64,000 nucleotides of DNA. Origin: an uncultured Acidobacteriota bacterium (lineage in GTDB: Bacteria; Actinomycetota; Acidimicrobiia; Spongiisociales; ZC4RG35). The stretch spans positions 310,166 through 374,165 of the forward strand of contig CAVTFV010000006.1 of NCBI GenBank assembly GCA_963734115.1, read 5' to 3'. A program made the translations under genes and the position numbers. The notes beneath the pieces are model-generated. The model was not told the origin of the DNA and searched no databases. It saw only the letters and a program-made list of their open reading frames with translations. Of the stretch, positions 37,276 to 48,415 are shown piece after piece (position 1 is the first letter of the stretch; every line of letters starts with the position of its first letter).

Positions 37276-40200
37276 TCAGAGGTCGCGGAGCGCGGCCCGC
37301 GCCGCCTCGGTGAACGGGGCGGCGCCCGTCGCCTCGAACAGATCCCGTGCCTGCTCGAGATGAGCCCGGTCCTTGGCCAGACGTCCCAGGCTCAGCCGCA
37401 AGCGCCCCTCCTCGTAGGGCATCCGCAGTTGGACCGCGGTCACGACACCCTGCTCCCACTCCTTCCGGGCGGCCTCTACATCTCCCGCTTGCTCCTTGAC
37501 CCCGCCGGCATATCGATGAAACGCGGGCTGGCCGATCGGGAAGACCTTGCTGAAAGCCCCCAGCTTCTTCACCGCAAGCTCCGAGGCCGACTTGGCCGAG
37601 GCCGCCTCGCGAGCGCGACCGGTAGCCCACTGGCCGAGATAGACATCGGCAACGCCGGTGAAGCCGTCGAGGGCAAAGACCACTCCGGGCCGTTCGGCGT
37701 AGAGGGCCTGTGAGGCCGAGGCTGCAGCGGCCCGAGCCCGATCCTGGTCGTCGAGGCGCCAATACGTCTCCGCCATCAGGCCGTACAGCCAACCCACGTT
37801 CGTCGCCCCGACCCCTGCGTCGAGAAGAGCCTCGGCGTTGCGGAACCTGGCCAGGGCGGTTCGATAGTCACCCTGCCGTAGGAGGCTGGTCCCCTGAAAG
37901 AGCCATCCCCAGAGCTCCCCTTGCGCATCGTCGCGGCCGGCGCCCGACTCTTTGAGCTGCTCTCCGATCGCGTAAACCTCGGCAAACCGGCCCTGAGCGG
38001 TCATCATCTGACCGGTAGTGCCCAGGTTCTCCTCCATCTGCCGCGTGTCGCCAAGGCGTTTGTAGAGATCGAGGGAGTCGCGTAGGTCCTGTTCGGTGGT
38101 CTCCCAGTCACCCACCCCGACTCCGTAGACGCTGGTGGCGAGACGGACCCAGGCGTGCTCGGGAGGGCGATCGACCTCGTCAGCTACCTCTCGGCTCTTT
38201 CGGGCATAGAGCCGGGCCAGCCGATGAATGGGCAGGATCCCGGCAACGATGCTCATATTGGCGTAGATGCGGGCCAGAACCGGCGATGTGCCCGCCTTTT
38301 CCGCCAGATTGAGGCCCGAGACGGCCGCGGTGATGAGAGCTCCCGGGTCGTTGGCGTAGTAGTAGATCTTCATCAGCCGCTCATATGCGGTGGCTGCCTC
38401 GATCAGGTCCTCTCTCGACCCGGTATGGGCGGCCGACAGATCTGAGCGGGAAAGCCGATGGCGCGCCTGCATGGCCGAGGCAGCGAGGAGCTTCGCCCCG
38501 ACACCGAACTTGCCATGACCGACCGGGTAGCCGTGCAGCTCGAGTGAACGTTCGAAGTGATCTGCGCTGCGATCGACCCGACCCATGCCCAGATAGGCCT
38601 CGGCCAGGTCCTGTTCCAGCCGGGCCAGGGTCGGCGCGGGGACTTCTTGGCTCGGCCCGATGCCGCCGGCCGCGCCCGGCGTAGCCAGGTCGATGGCATC
38701 GGTCAGGAACCCGATTGCCTCACGGTGGGCGAAGTTGCGCAGCGATGTTCGACCCGCTGCGCCAAGGTAGTAGAGGGCCTTGTCGACGTCGCCGCTCTCC
38801 GAATCCGTGCTCAGGCTGTTCCGCCAGTGGTAGGCGAGCGTCGTGGCAACGTCATCGAGATCATCGGCGTGTTCCGCCTCCAGTGAGATCGCAACGGCAC
38901 GATGAAGCCCTGTCTTTTGGGAGAAGAGGAGCAGGCCATAGGCGATGTCCCGGGTGATGGCGTGACGAAATCGATAGCGCGATCGGTCATACACGACCTC
39001 CTGCATCAGATCGAGGACCGCGAGGCTCTGCAGGCTCTCGACCGCCTCGGCGGCGTCCATCTCCACGGGGTAGATCTCGACCAGGGTGTCGATGGAGAAC
39101 TCCCTGCCGATCACGCTGGCGACCTTCAGGATCGACTGTTGACGGGCAGACAACCGATCGAATCGGCCGATGATGATGTCCTGGACGGTGTTGGGGAAGT
39201 CCACGTCGCGCAGGTCCCGGACATTGGGCGCGAGCCTGCTCTCCCCGTTCTCGATGACCAGCAATCCGGCGTCTCGTAGGGCGAAGGCGATCTCCTCGCT
39301 GAAGTAGGGATGGCCCTCGGCCTGCTCGATGATCATCTCGACCACGGGCCCGGGAACACTCGTCACACCCAGACACTGCTCGACCAGTTGCATCACCTCG
39401 GCCGGCTCCAACTCGGTGAGGACGACATGTTCGGTGCGCTCGTCGGCGACCAGACGCTCGTATTCCACAGGAGCGTTGCGCCCGGATCCCTCGCCGAACG
39501 GGCGGGTGGCGATGACGAGCAGCAACGCCGGGATCTCACGCACCGCTCTTTCCGCCATAGCCCACGAGGCCGAGTCGACCCAATGGCCGTCGTCGATGAC
39601 GATGACGAACGGCGCTGAGGCCCGGGGAGCGCCCCGGACGATCGCAGTGAGGAGACGCAAGGTGTTCTCGCCACGGAGCTCCGATTCCATCCCGGCGATC
39701 AGGACCGAGTCTTCGACAGCTGCGGAGACCATCGGGGCGAGAAGCCCTTTCCGCTCGTCCATCCACGGGTCTCTGGCGACGAACGCCAGCAACTCTTTCT
39801 CGGCCTCTGTCCCCTCGCCCCCGAACAACTGACGCAGCACCGGCCGCCACGCGTAGAACGCAGTCGCGCTTTCGATCTCCTCGCCGGTGCTCGAGATGAT
39901 CGTGGTACCGAGCAACTCGGCCTGCTCGACGAAGTCTTTCAGCAGCCGTGACTTACCAATGCCCGCAGGGCCCTCGATGAGGATCGTTCCCCCTTCGCCG
40001 GCATGAAGCTGGGCCAGACGTGAAGCGACGACACCTCGCTCCCTGTCCCGTCCGACCAATCCCCCATCGGTCAGTCGGCGGGAAGTGTCGACCGGGCCGT
40101 GGCCATTCACCCCACTGGCACGGTGGATCGTCACGGCCCGATCGATGCCTTTGAACTCTCGCTGTCCGACCATGACGAACTCGACTCGGGCACTCGGATC

Positions 40201-41409
40201 TGCGGCGATCTCCCCAGTGACGTGGACCTCCCCAGGCGGTGTCTGCTGCATGATCCGCGCGGCGAGACTCACTACGGGACCATGGGCGCCATACGTCATG
40301 CGGTTAGGCCCCCCGTAAGAGCCGACGTAGGCCACTCCGCTGGCGATCCCAACCTTGACCTTGGATGTGACACCGGACTCGGGGGAGGGCTCGGTCAGCT
40401 CCAGCGCCGCGATCACAGCTCGTCTTGCTTCGTCCTCATGAGATATCGAGGCGCCGAAGACGGCGTAGAGATGACACCCCTTGTCGTCGATCAAGACCTG
40501 CAGGACCACGCCTTCGTACTTTCCGAGCACCTCCTGGGCCCGGGAGACGCATGCGTCGAGGGACGCTCCCGCGTCGACGTCGCGGACATGGTCGATGCCC
40601 TCGAATCCAACGAACACGGCGACGACTTCACGCAGCTCGGCCATGAGCCCTTGGAGTCGTTGGTCGACCTGCTCATGGACGTTGGGGAGCAGCCATTCCC
40701 GGGCGGCGACCTCGTCGATGGCGTAGTCATCGATGGCAATGACCCGGTCCGGCTCGGTGGCCACGCCCTCGACCAGGTAACGGACGTGCCCATCAATCGA
40801 AACGGTTCGGAGCTCGGCATCAAACCCGAGCGCCTCGGCCACCTCCCGGCTCACCGCCACCTCGCCCGGTTGCAACAGCTCCGCCTCGGCGGATAGGGCC
40901 TCGACAACCTCACCCGCCAGAAGATCCATATAGGAGTGCTCGGGGCGACCGACCCGGACGCGGCGCGATTGGCCGGACACCACGGCGGCTTTGATGTCGA
41001 TGTCACCTGCCGGCGCGCCGGCTTCCTGCGTCCGGAAGACCTGAATGAAGGAGCGCTGGCTGAGAGCGGCGGCCGTGGCACGGGATCCGTCATCGCCATC
41101 GAACCAGCTGATCACGGAATCGCCGCCGAAAGAGATGACACTGCCGCCGTGCTCGTGGATCGCACTGGTGATCGGCCCAAAGACCTGGTTCAGCAGACGG
41201 GTCAGTTCCTCCGCTCCTCGACGGGGGCCGAGATTCCGACTCAGGACCTCGGTGAGGTTGGTGAAGCCGCTGATGTCTGCAAAGAGGGCGGCGCCGGTGG
41301 ACGTCGCAGGCAACGCTCCCATGCCGGCCAGCTCACGCCGACGATCCATAGGTAGGTAAACCTCGAACGATGGCCCGACGACGTGGTCAGTCGGCACTTG
41401 CGAGCTCAT
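37276..41409 (-). CDS. Tandem class III cyclase domains plus AAA/STAND ATPase plus TPR protein (1377 aa, intact)
   Basis: CHD1: ALFADISGFTNLTE..ISFGGDSVISWF. CHD2: VVAVFVGFEGID..KVGIASGVAYVGSYGGPNRMTYGAHGPVVSLAARIM. P-loop IEGPAGIGKSRL and Walker B FVIVIDDGHWVD, followed by a long helical-repeat C-terminus. Confidence 0.9.
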   Translation of the reverse strand: MSSQVPTDHVVGPSFEVYLPMDRRRELAGMGALPATSTGAALFADISGFTNLTEVLSRNLGPRRGAEELTRLLNQVFGPITSAIHEHGGSVISFGGDSVISWFDGDDGSRATAAALSQRSFIQVFRTQEAGAPAGDIDIKAAVVSGQSRRVRVGRPEHSYMDLLAGEVVEALSAEAELLQPGEVAVSREVAEALGFDAELRTVSIDGHVRYLVEGVATEPDRVIAIDDYAIDEVAAREWLLPNVHEQVDQRLQGLMAELREVVAVFVGFEGIDHVRDVDAGASLDACVSRAQEVLGKYEGVVLQVLIDDKGCHLYAVFGASISHEDEARRAVIAALELTEPSPESGVTSKVKVGIASGVAYVGSYGGPNRMTYGAHGPVVSLAARIMQQTPPGEVHVTGEIAADPSARVEFVMVGQREFKGIDRAVTIHRASGVNGHGPVDTSRRLTDGGLVGRDRERGVVASRLAQLHAGEGGTILIEGPAGIGKSRLLKDFVEQAELLGTTIISSTGEEIESATAFYAWRPVLRQLFGGEGTEAEKELLAFVARDPWMDERKGLLAPMVSAAVEDSVLIAGMESELRGENTLRLLTAIVRGAPRASAPFVIVIDDGHWVDSASWAMAERAVREIPALLLVIATRPFGEGSGRNAPVEYERLVADERTEHVVLTELEPAEVMQLVEQCLGVTSVPGPVVEMIIEQAEGHPYFSEEIAFALRDAGLLVIENGESRLAPNVRDLRDVDFPNTVQDIIIGRFDRLSARQQSILKVASVIGREFSIDTLVEIYPVEMDAAEAVESLQSLAVLDLMQEVVYDRSRYRFRHAITRDIAYGLLLFSQKTGLHRAVAISLEAEHADDLDDVATTLAYHWRNSLSTDSESGDVDKALYYLGAAGRTSLRNFAHREAIGFLTDAIDLATPGAAGGIGPSQEVPAPTLARLEQDLAEAYLGMGRVDRSADHFERSLELHGYPVGHGKFGVGAKLLAASAMQARHRLSRSDLSAAHTGSREDLIEAATAYERLMKIYYYANDPGALITAAVSGLNLAEKAGTSPVLARIYANMSIVAGILPIHRLARLYARKSREVADEVDRPPEHAWVRLATSVYGVGVGDWETTEQDLRDSLDLYKRLGDTRQMEENLGTTGQMMTAQGRFAEVYAIGEQLKESGAGRDDAQGELWGWLFQGTSLLRQGDYRTALARFRNAEALLDAGVGATNVGWLYGLMAETYWRLDDQDRARAAAASASQALYAERPGVVFALDGFTGVADVYLGQWATGRAREAASAKSASELAVKKLGAFSKVFPIGQPAFHRYAGGVKEQAGDVEAARKEWEQGVVTAVQLRMPYEEGRLRLSLGRLAKDRAHLEQARDLFEATGAAPFTEAARAALRDL

Positions 41410-41469
41410 GACCTCACTATGCGAGTGTATGCGGCCATCGGGTTGGTTTCGGTCCTCGGTGCCTCGAAG

Positions 41470-42070
41470 TCAGCCTTCGTCGAGCCGTATCCCCATCACC
41501 ACGTCATCGGTGTCATCGAGATGCGTGAAACCGAGATGCTCGTAGAAGCCGACGGCGCGCTGATTCCTGGCGTCGACTCCGAGATGGACACCGGTCACTC
41601 CCCTGGACCGCAGCTCATCGAGGAGACGGCGCCATCATCTCCCGACCAACACCTCTCCCCTGCAGGACGGGGAGCATGTCGATGTGGAGATGGGCCGGAT
41701 AAGTGGCCACGATCTCGTCGGGTGGGCTCTCCGGGTCATGGATGAGGGCGATGATCTCGGCGTCATCGGTGCGGATCATCGGCGGCCGGTCGTGGATACC
41801 GGTTCCGCAACGGTGGCCACCACTCGGCCTCGCACTCGGCCTCGAATCGCCGGGTATCGACCGCGGCCAGGACATACCCGGACTGGACGCCGTCCTCGAC
41901 CGCGGTGAAACCGATCCCGCTCGGCATCATCAAATACGGGCCGACATAGACCTCGCCGAGAAGCCGTGGGTCTGCGAAGCGGTCACTGGCATCCTCCCCG
42001 GCGTCGCCCGTGCGGAGACAGACCCATAGAGGGCATCGAGATCGCCCGGTTCGACAGGTCTGATCAGCAT
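41470..42070 (-). pseudogene. GNAT N-acetyltransferase; three frame breaks
   Basis: ATG 42070 gives MLIRPVEPGDLDALYG / VCLRTGDAGEDASDRFADP..YVLAAVDTRRFEAECEAEWWPPL.. / ..DAEIIALIHDPESPPDEIVATYPAHLHIDMLPVLQGRGVGR / LLDELRSRGVTGVHLGVDARNQRAVGFYEHLGFTHL.., with the stop at 41470-41472. The pieces appear in ORFs 41763-42152 and 41615-41875 and in an unlisted third frame. Confidence 0.7.
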
Positions 42071-42161
42071 TTCGTGCGAGAAGGATATGGCATGGCCAGC
42101 GGTCCTGGGGGATACCCCCTATGGCTGATTCCGACGTTGCCGTTATCGTCATCTAGCCGTC

Positions 42162-43333
42162 ATGGTCACCAAGCGAATCCAACGAATCACGGCAGCAAAT
42201 CAGGCGCTGCTCTCCTTCCTGCCCATCTGGGAGGAGCATCGGCATCAGCCCGGTATCGCCGATTTCGCCTTCGGGAATCCCCAGGAGATGGTGGTGGATG
42301 GGTTCGCCGCCGCCCTCACATCGGCCACAACGCCACAAGACAAGAACCACTACGCCTACAAGTTCTCCGAGCAAGCGTCCCAGCGGACCGTGGCGGGCCA
42401 CCTTCTCGAATGGCGGGGTCAGGAGTTCGAACCCGAGGACATCGCGATGACACCGGGCGCCTTCGGCGCCATCGCCATCGCCCTCGGGGCACTAGTGGAT
42501 GTCGGTGACGAGGTCGTCTACTTCGATCCCCCGTGGTTCTTCTACCGATCGATGATCCTTGCGACCGGGGCGAGCCCCGGTGAATGTGCCGGTGCGGGGC
42601 GACGACTACGACCTCGACCTGGACCGCCTGGCCGCGGCGATCACCGAGAAGACCCGTCTGCTGATCGTCAACACGCCCCACAACCCGACCGGTCGCATCT
42701 ACCCGCCTTCCACTCTCGAGGGCCTCGCCGATGTCCTGACCGATGCATCGGAACGGTTCGGAAGGCCGATCTACCTGCTCTCCGACGAGCCCTACTCCAA
42801 GCTGGTGTTCAGCGACGCCAAGTTCACCAGCCCGGCGGAGTACTACCCGCACACACTGATCTCCTACAGCTACGGCAAGATCCTGCTGACACCCGGGCAG
42901 CGGGTCGGATGGCTGGCCTGGACGCCACAGATGCCCGACCGGGAGTCGTTGCGATCCGAAGTCTTCATGGCCCAGATCGCCGGCGGGTGGTTGTTCCCCA
43001 GCGCCATCATGCAGTACTCGATGGCCGAGCTGGACAAGCTGTCCATCGATCTCGTCGAGCTGGAGCGCAAGCGTGACGTCTTCGTCACCGAGCTCCAACA
43101 AGCCGGTTATGAGCTCCAGTCGCCCGAGGGAACCTTCTACCTCTGGGTTCGCTCCCCCGACCCCGATGACGCAGCCTTCGTGGAGACGCTGGCCGAACAG
43201 GGGGTCCTGGTGTTGCCGGGCTCGCACCTGCGCCTCACCGGGCAACTTCCGGATCTCTCTCACCGGCACCATGGAGATGATCGAGCGAGGCCTCCCCGTC
43301 TTCCGGACGGCAATCTCGGGCACGGCGAATTAG
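42162..43333 (+). pseudogene. Class I/II pyridoxal-phosphate aminotransferase; two frame breaks
   Basis: ORF 42162-43076 joins ORF 42559-43716 at about 42572-42578 (..ATGASP/VNVPVRGDDYDLD..). Motifs NTPHNPTGRIY and SYSYGKILL (Lys). The tail ..GSHLRLTG/NFRISLTGTMEMIERGL.. is reached after about 43238-43242, with the stop at 43331-43333. Confidence 0.8.
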
Positions 43334-43350
43334 AGGTCACCGGGACCCGT

Positions 43351-43554
43351 CTATCGGGGATACAACAGCCTGTGCAGGGCGCCGACCAACCCGTGTCCGG
43401 TCGGCTCGCTCGTCACCCGGACTGCGATGAAACTGTCTCCGGGGCCATCACCGCCGGAGTCGACCCGGACGAACGCAGTCTCTCGCGTCGACCAGCGCCC
43501 GACGATCTCGGGGAGGCGCAAACGTCTGGTCCTGACTACCGGTGCCGTGTTCAC
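43351..43554 (-). CDS. Hypothetical 67-aa ORF (weak)
   Basis: GTG-initiated ORF between ltrA-2 and the convergent aminotransferase gene. No motif recognised. It could be a remnant. Confidence 0.3.
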   Translation of the reverse strand: MNTAPVVRTRRLRLPEIVGRWSTRETAFVRVDSGGDGPGDSFIAVRVTSEPTGHGLVGALHRLLYPR

Positions 43555-43606
43555 AGAGGTCTCCTCAGTTCACCAAGAGATGATCGGCAGAAACCCAGCT
43601 GGTTCT

Positions 43607-44772
43607 TTAGACAGATGCCTCCGAAGAACCGCGATCATGCTGCGAAGACTCCTCGACCACGGCCAGCCCCGCCACCACGACCGAAACCAAGCTCATGGCG
43701 ACCCAGGCCGGCATGACTCGGAACAAGGGGATGGCGACGATCAGCAAGACGATCGCCCACCAGCGGGCGGGCGGCACGCGAACGCGAGCCAGTGTCAGAG
43801 CCAATGCCGTCCCGCCCAGGATCAAGGCGACCCCGAGGCACAGCGCCAGGGCACCGGGAAATGAAAAGGGGTCCTTGGGATGGGCGATGGCTTCCTCGAT
43901 GCCGACTGCGAAACCAATGACTCCGAAGATGAGCGGGAAGTGGGCAAAGGAGTACACGTCGCGGGCATACCTGCCCAGCGTCTCCGGAGGCTGAGCCTTC
44001 ATGCTGGTTTCGAGCGCATCCTTCGCCCATCCGAAGTAGGTCCACCAGAGGGCGCAGCCCCGGCAACGGCGGTGACCGCCACGAGCAGCAGCCCGCGCTC
44101 AGAGGCTGATCGCTGACCGTCACACCGGCTGCAATCAGCGATTCGCCGAGCACGATGATGACGAACAGGCCGTGCCGTTCGGAGAAATGACCCGAGAACA
44201 GCCTCCACTCGCCACGACCGGCGCCCAGGGCGGCAACTACGTCGAGGATGAGCGGCGATACCCAGGGCGAGAAACCGACGATCCGGTGGGAGGAAGACGG
44301 CGGCGATGATCGCCAGTAGACCAAGACTCGACAGGACGGTCCACGTCTTCACCGATCGAACCCATGCCGGGTCGCCTGCGGCCAGTCTCCATTGCAAGGA
44401 GATGCCGACCATGCGGAGCACCAGATAGGAGAGGGGAAACAGCCAGCCAAACGGGCTCGTGATCAAGGGGATTGTCACCGCCATCAAAAAGGCGAGTGCC
44501 GTCGCCACCAGGGTGATGAGCCGGATCGAGACATGCTCTGTGTCGGCCTCGTTGAGCGACCACGTGTATTGGGTCCAGGCCCACCACACCAGCCAGAAGA
44601 GGATCAAGGCGTGGGTCAAACCCTCCAGGGTGAGGTCGTGGGCCAGAACTGCGGTCACCTGGGTGACGGCAAAGACGAAGACGAGATCGAAGAAGAGCTC
44701 GACAAAGGTCGCGCCCTGCTCCTCGGTCCCGCGGATGGTGGTCAAGGCATGGACGCCCTCATCTGGCCACAA
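43607..44772 (-). pseudogene. ltrA: LtrA family membrane protein, second copy; about three frame breaks
   Basis: N-terminus ..QGATFVELFFDLVFVFAVTQV.. (ORF 43999-44772), middle ..HFSERHGLFVIIVLGESL.. (ORF 43635-44324) and C-terminus ..FAHFPLIFGVIGFAVGIEE.. (ORF 43607-44002) lie in three different frames. Confidence 0.75.
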
Positions 44773-44793
44773 CGAAAGGGCGATCCACCGGGT

Positions 44794-46973
44794 TCACCCC
44801 TGAAGTGCCCGGATGGCACGGTTGGCATGGCTCACCCGGCCGGCCAGGGCCCGGGCCACGAAAAGATGGAAGTCGGCGGCGAGCGCCGGGGACTCACGAC
44901 ACAGATCTTCGAACCTCTCCGGCGTGAGATGCAGCACCTCACATTCGGTGTCGGTCACCGCCGTGGCGGTGTGCGGCTCATCTCGATACAGGCTGATCTC
45001 GCCCAACACGGTCCCTTCGAGAAGGGTCCGGAGCCGAACCTGCTCTCGGTCGCGTCCTTCGAGGAGCACCGTGACCCGCCCGGACACGATGAGAAAGATG
45101 CCTGACGTGGGCTCGCCCTGCCGCATGAGCTCACTCCCGGCCGGAACGACGCGTCTGGCCAGGTAAGGGGCGAGCTCGTCGGCAAGCCGAGCGGGCAGCG
45201 GCCGTTGCTGTCCGTTGCCCATCCCGGCGATGGCGAGAAGACGGTCCTCCGCCCAGGCCATGCCATGATCGAGGTCGATCTCGTCGCTGAATCACGTCCT
45301 CATAGTCAGCCATGAGCTCGGAGAACTGGACCCGGTGGGTCGGGCTCAGCCCGGTGAACACGAGGACGAACCCGTGTTCCCGGGCGAGGAGGGCGATCCT
45401 CTCGAACAGCACCACCGCCGAAGAGTCGATCCCGGTCACCTGTCGAAAATCGAAGATGACGAATCGCAACGTCTCTGTGTTGTCGAGGCGTGAGCGGACA
45501 TGTCGGGTGATCCGGCTGGCGGTGCCGAAGAAGATGAATCCCTGCAACTCGAGGATCAGGACGGAATCACCCGCTTCATCGAGATATCCGGCGTCCATAT
45601 CGGACCGTTCCATGTTGCTCCGGTGCTCTCTGGCAGTCAGGGAGTGCTTCACGACATCGATCCGGCTGTATCGGACGACGAACAGGGCGATGGCCGCCAC
45701 CAGGCCGGCGGCGACGCCGGGAAGGAACCCGAGCGTGGCGATCGACGAGGACGATTCCCCACATCAGTGCATAGTCCAGACGTGTCATCCGTCGGCGGGA
45801 AGCCCACAACCATTCCACGATGAAGTCGGCTCCGACGAACAGGAGCAGGCCACCGATGATGAACTCGGGTACGAACTCCAGCACGACGCCACCGGCCACC
45901 AGCACGCCGACGATGCCAACAGCGGCGAAAACCGCTGGACCTCTGCGTCTGCCCACCAACCGCTGGGTGATCAGTGTGTCGGCCAGGTACATATATCCGG
46001 GCGGACCGCCGACCGCGCCGGCGGCGACGTTGGCCCAGCCGGTCGCCCGCAGCTCGGCGTTCATGTCGACGTCGGACTTGGTCTCGATCTCGAGGGCACC
46101 GATGTATAGAAGGAGGGTTATCGGGACGATGAGCAGGATGGTGACGAGGCTTGCTGCCTCGCCGGCGAGGGCTCCCCAGTCGACGCCGCCCAGGGCGTCC
46201 AAGGCAGGTCCCGGCCACAAGCTGCCTTCGGGGAAGGGGCCGAGCAACCATCCCCGCTGCCAAGGATTCCGCCTTGTCGATCCCTGCGGCTCGGGTGATG
46301 AGGTGAAAGCCGATGACACCACCGGCCAGAAAGCCGAGATAGGTCCACGAGGGCCATCTCCGACGTGAGGCGATGAAGAACAAGACGGCGAGCACGACGC
46401 CGGGCCAGAACAAACCCATAGCGTTCCCCGACATCAGGTCTGCCACCGACTCCACTCCCATGAGCTCGATCCCACCGACCAGGATCAGATAGCCCGTGCC
46501 GGCGAGGAGGCCTCCGATCACCGGAAATGGCACGAATTTGGCGACGTCACCGATTGCGAAGTAACCCATGAGCAGGAACACCAGCCCAGTGGCCAGGGAG
46601 GTGACCGCCAACATGACGAGCACTGTGTCGATCGCCTCCGGCCCCACCACCGTGGCCGCGATCGATGCCGCGCTCAGCCCAAGGATGGCCGCGCTGGCGT
46701 CCTGAACGCCTGCGTACATGCCGGCGAAGCTGCTGCCGAGAGCAGCTATGACCGCCACCAGCGCCGACGCAGTCAATCCGAGCCCGATCCCGATCGGAAG
46801 CTCGCTCGTCGAGCGGTCCGTCGAAGATCAGCGACATCAGGGCGATGCTCAGCAGAGGAATTGACCATTGCCAGCACCAGCCCGGTGCCGACTGTCGCCG
46901 GGAGCCGACCGAGTGTGAAATCGCCCAGGAGATTCGTCCAGCGGTCGCCGGCGTCGTGGTGATCGCCCGACAT
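44794..46973 (-). pseudogene. SulP/SLC26-type anion transporter plus STAS plus cyclic-nucleotide-binding domain; multiple frame breaks
   Basis: Permease segments lie in ORFs 46773-46973, 45649-46776 and 45576-46322 (..FVPFPVIGGLLAGTGYLILVGG.., ..ELRATGWANVAAGAVGGPPGYM..). STAS is in ORF 45131-45700 (..VLILELQGFIFFGTA..VIFDFRQVTGIDSSA..). cNMP-binding is in ORF 44794-45261 (..GEPTSGIFLIVSGRVTV..LGEISLYRDEPHTATAV..). Confidence 0.75.
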
Positions 46974-46995
46974 CGCCCGAGTATGCCAGTAGTGA

Positions 46996-48415
46996 TCAGC
47001 CGGGAGACAACTGGTCGAAGGTGCACTCCTCGGGTTTCTTGTCGTCGCGGAACCTCTGGAACGACGGCGACCGAAGACGCCCCGCCGACGTCACACCACG
47101 ATGCTCGACCACGGCTACCAGCGAAGGTTTGACCCAATGGGCGCGGCGCAGCTCGGGACCGGAGGGGAAACGGTGGCTTCGTCTCCGTTAGGGCTTTGAG
47201 CTGCTGGAAGATCTCCGGGAGGGAACGAGTCTTGAAGCCGGTCCCGACATTGCCCACATAACGCAACACGCCGTCGTCGTACACCGCCATCATCAGCGAG
47301 CCGAGACTTCCGACGCGGCTCCCCTCCCCCTCGGTCCATCCCACGATCACCACGTCGGCATCGAAGGTGACCTTCACCTTGAGCCAGTCCTTGGATCGCT
47401 CACCCGGCTGATAGACCGAGGAGAGGCGTTTGGCCATGATCCCCTCCAGGCCCTGCTCCGCCGCGGCCGCGAATAGCGCTATACCTTGGCCTTCGGTGAC
47501 CGGCGACACCTGGATCTGTTCGGAGGGGACGATCGTTTCGTCGAGGAACCGGCGACGCTCCTCCAGCGGCCGGTCAGTCAGGTCCTCACCATCGATGTAG
47601 AGCAGGTCGAAGACGATGTAGACCACGGGCAGCTGACGGGCCATCTCCTCGATCTTCCGTTCGTCCCGAAGATGCATCCGCTGCTGAAGGCGCTGGAACG
47701 AGGGCACGCCGGCTTCGAAAGCGACGATCTCACCGTCGAGCATCGCCTCCAGGGCGACCGTCTGCTCGTGCAAGCGGCGTAGTTCCGGGTAGGCAACCGT
47801 GACGTCTTTGTCGTTGCGGGTGACGAGATGGGTCTCCTCGTCGCAGAGGGCGATGGCCCGGATCCCGTCCCATTTCGGCTCGAAGCCCCAGTCCGGGTCG
47901 TCGAACGCGTCGGCTGTGAGAATGGCGAGCATGGGCTTCGCCGGCGGTCGTCCTTGCGCTTTCGGTCGCAGGTCCTTGGACATCAACGCCAGCCACTGAT
48001 CCTTTCCATCCTTGGGCCCGGTGTGCACCAGATGCCAGACACCGGCGAGCCGCTCCCCGTTCAGTTGGAAGGTGAGACGGTCCTCGGTCCGGCCAACGAG
48101 CTCGTACTCGCCGTGGTCGAAGATTCGCACCTCCCCGCCCCCGTACTCCCCTTCGCCGATCGACCCGGAGAAGCTGCCCCATTCCATCTCATGGTCCGGG
48201 GTGCGGATGGCGAGATGACGATCGCCCCGTCGTCGGGGCAGACCCTTGGGAACGGCCCAGGAGACCAGGACCGGGCCTTCACCACTCATCATCTCCAACC
48301 GAACGTCGTGATGGAGGCGGGTGGCGTGGTGTTGCTGGATGACGAATTGACTGCCGACCGGTGCGGTCAGCGGATCGACATCGGGCTCGAGAAGGTCTCC
48401 GGCCGTCATTCCCAT
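46996..48415 (-). pseudogene. ligD: LigD: 3'-phosphoesterase domain plus ATP-dependent ligase domain (no polymerase domain); one frame break near 47155-47165
   Basis: PE domain: FVIQQHHATRLHHDVRLE..VLVSWAVPKG. Ligase domain: FEPKWDGIRAI..EGIMAKR..WLKVK. The C-terminus ..PELRRAHWVKPSLVAVVEHRGVTSAGRLRSPSFQRFRDDKKPEEC.. lies in another frame, with the stop at 46996-46998. The start (ATG 48415 or 48409) overlaps the upstream cyclase stop. Confidence 0.85.
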
